37,459 bases of DNA, from the NCBI GenBank assembly GCA_035557125.1, contig DATMEC010000256.1, positions 1 through 37,459 of the forward strand, in the 5' to 3' direction. The position numbers and the translations under genes are program-made. Positions 34,344 to 37,459 of this stretch are shown piece after piece (positions within the stretch are counted from its first letter, which is position 1; each line of letters starts with the position of its first letter). The DNA is from Steroidobacteraceae bacterium. Its GTDB lineage: Bacteria > Pseudomonadota > Gammaproteobacteria > Steroidobacterales > Steroidobacteraceae. Below the pieces are notes generated by a model. It was not told the origin of the DNA. It saw nothing but the letters and a program-made list of their open reading frames with translations, and did no database searches.

Positions 34344-36382
34344 TCCTTACGCCATCCGAGTTCGACGAAGTATGCGCGACCGCGCCCGGGAAAATAGCGG
34401 TAGTCGCCGAACGCGAAGTCCGCGCGATCGGCATAGGCGCCATCCGCGAGGTTGGTGACGCGAAGCGAGACGAGCCAGTCCCGCGCCGGCTCGATGGAGA
34501 CGCGCAGGTTCCCGACGTCGTGGCCGCCATAACGTGCCGTGTTCGCGGCGTTGGCCCAGTATGGGCCGACCCAGAGCCATTCCAGCTCGGCCTCGAGCCA
34601 GGCGCCGTCGCGGCGGAGCCGCAGAGCATGGATGTCGCGCGGCGCCGTGTCGACGTCGTTGCCCGAGACGATCTGCTCGCCCTGCTCGACGGTGGCCGTG
34701 AACCGGTACTCGTGGCGCGCGAAGGTACCGGCCGCCGACAGCGACCATTCGTCGGCAAACGACCAGTCGGCCGCGTACTCGAGCCCGGCGTGGCGAGTCC
34801 GGCCGCCGCTGACATTGAAGCCCGCGGAATCGCGCAGAATCACGTCGCTCTTGTCCATGTGGAAAAGGGCGAGGTCCATCGAAGCGGTGGCCCACCGCCC
34901 GCGCAATCCGAGTTCGACGGCGTCAGCCGTCTCCGAATCGAGGTCCGCAACCGATTGCTGGCGCTGCAGGCGGTAGAGCTCGGTCGCTTCCGGCGCACGG
35001 AATCCGCGCGCGAGTGACAGGTATGCCGTAAGCGGATCCGCCAGGTTCCAGACGACCCCGATGCGTGGCGCCACGTTCGTGAAGTCATCCGAGCGATCGG
35101 CCGGCCGCGCGTACAGGCAGCCGCCGGGGCAGGGCACGCCGTTCTCGTCGGTGTTGCCTTCGATCATGCGGTTGTCGTAGTCGTATCGCGCGTGCTCGAG
35201 GCGCAGTCCCGCCTCCAGCGACCATCGCGGCGCGAGCGGCCGGCGCCAGTTCGCATAGGCTGCGACCACGCCCGAGTCGACCGTATAGTCGTACTGCCGC
35301 CCGGCCGGGCGGATCGCGTTTGCCTCGGGCGATCCGTCGGTTGTCGGACCGGCCTGCTGCTGGAGCAGGCTGCTCCGCGCAAGCTCCGCGTCGAAGCCTG
35401 CGATCAGCGTGCCACCGCCGAAGTCGCGCGCCGTCGAAAGCATCACGCCGCCGCTGTCCTGGCCGTTGTCCTCGACCGGCTGCCCCAGCAGGAAATGCTG
35501 CAGGAAGTCCATGCGCGAACTGCGCAGGTAAGCGCGCATCTCGCCGCCGAACTCGCCCCGGTAGTGCGCGGCGAATCGCAAGGACGTGGCGTCGCGGTAG
35601 GCTTCGGGATCCGGATTTGAGCGCGCGAGGGCAGGGTCGCGGTAGGCGTCCTCGCCCTCGACGAATCCCGCGGTCTCCTGTTCGAGGTTCGAGCCGGAGA
35701 GCGCGAGCTTCAGCGTGCCGGCCCCGGCGTCCTGTGCCCACACCGCGTTCAGCTTCTGCTCGTGGAATCCCGAAGCGTCTCGCCAGCCGCCGTCGTCGGT
35801 CGCGTGCATGACGAGACCGAGTCCGCCGTCGTCGCCATCGCGCGACGCCGCGAACCGCAGCCGGCGCCAGGCATCGCTTCCGCCTTCGACCGCGACGCCG
35901 AGGACCGGGATCTCGTCCGGCATCGGCGGGATCACGTTGATGATCCCGTGCACGGCGCTCGAGCCGTACAGAACGCTGCCCGGCCCGCGCAGGACCTCGA
36001 TCGCAGCCGCCTGCTCGAGGTTCACCTCGAACAGCTCGTTGACGTTGCAGCTGCCGACAGGCCGGATCGGGATGCCGCCCTCGAGCACGAGCACCGCACC
36101 GCAGGCGCCGGCGCCCGTCAGCACCGGCGAGCGCAGCGCCGTGAGCGATTCCTGGCCGCTGCCGCGCTGGATCATCGCTCCCGCGGCACGATTGACGAGC
36201 TCGGACGGATGCGTCGCGCCGACGAGCTCCGTGGCGCCCGCCGCGATGCGCGTCGCGCTGCCCGGGTAGGACACTAGCGCGACCGGACTGCGCGTCGCGG
36301 TCACGATCACCTCGTCGAGTTCCACGGCGGATGCGGGGAGCGCCACCAGGATTGCAGCAAACGCGAACTTCCGGCATGTCAT
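34340..36382 (-). CDS. TonB-dependent outer-membrane receptor
   Basis: ORF 34340..36421 with the start set to ATG 36382 (MTCRKFAFAAILVALPASA signal peptide). Plug motifs ELDEVIVTATR and IEVLRGPGSVLYGSSAVHGIINVI are followed by a long beta-barrel region. Confidence 0.85.
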   Translation of the reverse strand: MTCRKFAFAAILVALPASAVELDEVIVTATRSPVALVSYPGSATRIAAGATELVGATHPSELVNRAAGAMIQRGSGQESLTALRSPVLTGAGACGAVLVLEGGIPIRPVGSCNVNELFEVNLEQAAAIEVLRGPGSVLYGSSAVHGIINVIPPMPDEIPVLGVAVEGGSDAWRRLRFAASRDGDDGGLGLVMHATDDGGWRDASGFHEQKLNAVWAQDAGAGTLKLALSGSNLEQETAGFVEGEDAYRDPALARSNPDPEAYRDATSLRFAAHYRGEFGGEMRAYLRSSRMDFLQHFLLGQPVEDNGQDSGGVMLSTARDFGGGTLIAGFDAELARSSLLQQQAGPTTDGSPEANAIRPAGRQYDYTVDSGVVAAYANWRRPLAPRWSLEAGLRLEHARYDYDNRMIEGNTDENGVPCPGGCLYARPADRSDDFTNVAPRIGVVWNLADPLTAYLSLARGFRAPEATELYRLQRQQSVADLDSETADAVELGLRGRWATASMDLALFHMDKSDVILRDSAGFNVSGGRTRHAGLEYAADWSFADEWSLSAAGTFARHEYRFTATVEQGEQIVSGNDVDTAPRDIHALRLRRDGAWLEAELEWLWVGPYWANAANTARYGGHDVGNLRVSIEPARDWLVSLRVTNLADGAYADRADFAFGDYRYFPGRGRAYFVELGWRKE

Positions 36383-36461
36383 TGCGGTCGCATGCATCCG
36401 GTACATTATAGGATCGCGCAAGGAGCGCCTGCCGCGCCCGTGCTACCATCCCCTCGACCCG

Positions 36462-37459
36462 ATGAGCGCCCCGACGTTCCGCTTTTTCCCGCTTTTTTGC
36501 CTGTTGCTGGCGTGGCTGCCGGTTGCTTCCGCGGCGGCCGGCCAGGAAGTCGTAGCGGCCGAGCCGGAAGCCGTGGCGGCCGCCCGGCCGCGGATCGGGC
36601 TCGTGCTTTCCGGCGGCGGTGCGCGCGGGCTTGCCCACGTAGGTGTGCTGCAGGCTCTCGAGGAGCTGCGCATCCCGGTCGACGCCATCGCGGGTACGAG
36701 CATGGGAGCGGTCGTGGGCGGGCTCTACGCCTCGGGGATGACGGCCGACGAGATCGAAACGCTGATGCGCGGCATCGACTGGGGCGTCGCGTTCCGCGAC
36801 CGGCCCGCGCGCCACACGCTCAATTTCCGCCGCAAGCAGGACGACCGCGAGTTCCTGGTGCGCTTTCCGCTCGGCATCCAGAGCGGCAGCTTCCGCGTGC
36901 CGCGCGGCCTGATCCAGGGCCAGCGCCTGACGCAGACGCTGCGCCTCGAGACGATGCCGGTCGCCGCGGTCGAGAACTTCGACGAGTTGCCGACGCCGTT
37001 TCGCGCGGTCGCCGCGGACCTCGAAACCGGTGCGCGCATCGTGCTCGCGGGCGGAGACCTGACCGCCGCGATGCGCGCGAGCATGTCGGCGCCGGGCGTG
37101 TTCGCGCCCGTCGAGGTCGACGGGCGCCTGCTGGTGGACGGCGGCATCGTCGAGAACCTGCCCGTCGACGTGGTCAAGGGCATGGGCGTCGACATCGTCA
37201 TCGCCGTGGACGTCGGCTTCCAGCCGGTCGGCCGCAAGGAGCTGACCTCCGCGCTCGCGGTCTCGAACCAGGCGGTCACGATCATGATGCAGCGCGAGAC
37301 GCTCAGGCAGCGCGCGCTGCTGTCGCTGAACGACGTGCTGGTCGAGCCGGACCTCGAAAACCTGCAGTCCACCGACTTTGCGGCCGCCCGGCGCACCATC
37401 GGCCTCGGGCTTGCGGCGACGCGCGCGAACGCCGAGCAGCTCGGCCGCCTCTCGCTCGG
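36462..37459 (+). CDS. Secreted patatin-like phospholipase (RssA/PlpD-like), 3' end beyond the window
   Basis: Not in the ORF track because no stop codon is reached. I translated by hand from ATG 36462 and the frame stays open to 37459. Signal peptide MSAPTFRFFPLFCLLLAWLPVASAAA. Oxyanion motif LSGGGARGLAHVG, lipase motif GTSMG (GxSxG), and catalytic Asp motif VDGGIVENLPV. Confidence 0.8.
   Translation, partial: MSAPTFRFFPLFCLLLAWLPVASAAAGQEVVAAEPEAVAAARPRIGLVLSGGGARGLAHVGVLQALEELRIPVDAIAGTSMGAVVGGLYASGMTADEIETLMRGIDWGVAFRDRPARHTLNFRRKQDDREFLVRFPLGIQSGSFRVPRGLIQGQRLTQTLRLETMPVAAVENFDELPTPFRAVAADLETGARIVLAGGDLTAAMRASMSAPGVFAPVEVDGRLLVDGGIVENLPVDVVKGMGVDIVIAVDVGFQPVGRKELTSALAVSNQAVTIMMQRETLRQRALLSLNDVLVEPDLENLQSTDFAAARRTIGLGLAATRANAEQLGRLSL

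Noticed and set aside
36383-36461. Possible Fur box, riboswitch or strong promoter upstream of the second TonB-dependent receptor gene. A minus-strand TATAAT lies at 36410..36405.
   Set aside because: The intergenic region is only ~80 nt, too short for known TBDR-associated riboswitches. I saw no GATAATGATAATCATTATC-like sequence. At 17-nt spacing the -35 position reads GGCAGG, so only the isolated -10 hexamer is supported.
1-37459. Mobile element, genomic island or defence system.
   Set aside because: I saw no integrase, transposase, recombinase, tRNA gene, terminal inverted repeats, CRISPR repeats, restriction, toxin or nuclease-type genes. Composition looks uniform apart from the short AT-rich promoter patch. 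The GH3 direct repeat is a gene duplication, not an IS element.

Overview
High-GC, almost fully coding chromosomal window of Gram-negative (proteobacterial) type, with about 29 genes. I saw no tRNA or rRNA genes, CRISPR arrays, transposases or integrases. The core is a TonB-dependent carbohydrate-utilisation locus in two divergent operons that share a ~240-bp control region (23330..23567).

The minus-strand array (23329 down to 3249) has 12 genes with almost no intergenic space: bicupin, ROK kinase, TonB-dependent receptor, GH3, GH144-like endo-glucanase, MFS sugar porter, PhyH-type dioxygenase, cytochrome b561, GH31, a GH97-GH16-CBM fusion, a membrane di-iron hydroxylase and a clan GH-A glycosidase.

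The plus-strand array (23568..32744) encodes a GntR/HutC regulator, then an ABC sugar importer whose permease and ATPase genes are separated by a second PhyH dioxygenase and a Gfo/Idh/MocA oxidoreductase, then a GH3.

Two closely related, same-orientation GH3 (BglX-like) paralogs bracket the region (61..2367 and 30402..32744). The first is start/stop-overlapped with an SGNH esterase gene. The right flank carries aguA, a hairpin shared by convergent genes, a YdcZ-type DMT gene coupled to a second TonB-dependent receptor, and an open-ended patatin-like gene that the ORF track does not list.

The most interesting signal is that several redox and metallo-enzymes are joined to glycosidase and transporter genes by 4-nt start/stop overlaps. 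I do not recognise this combination as a described pathway. It suggests oxidative processing of a decorated glucan, possibly beta-1,2-type. All family calls come from motifs read by eye and need HMM or BLAST confirmation.
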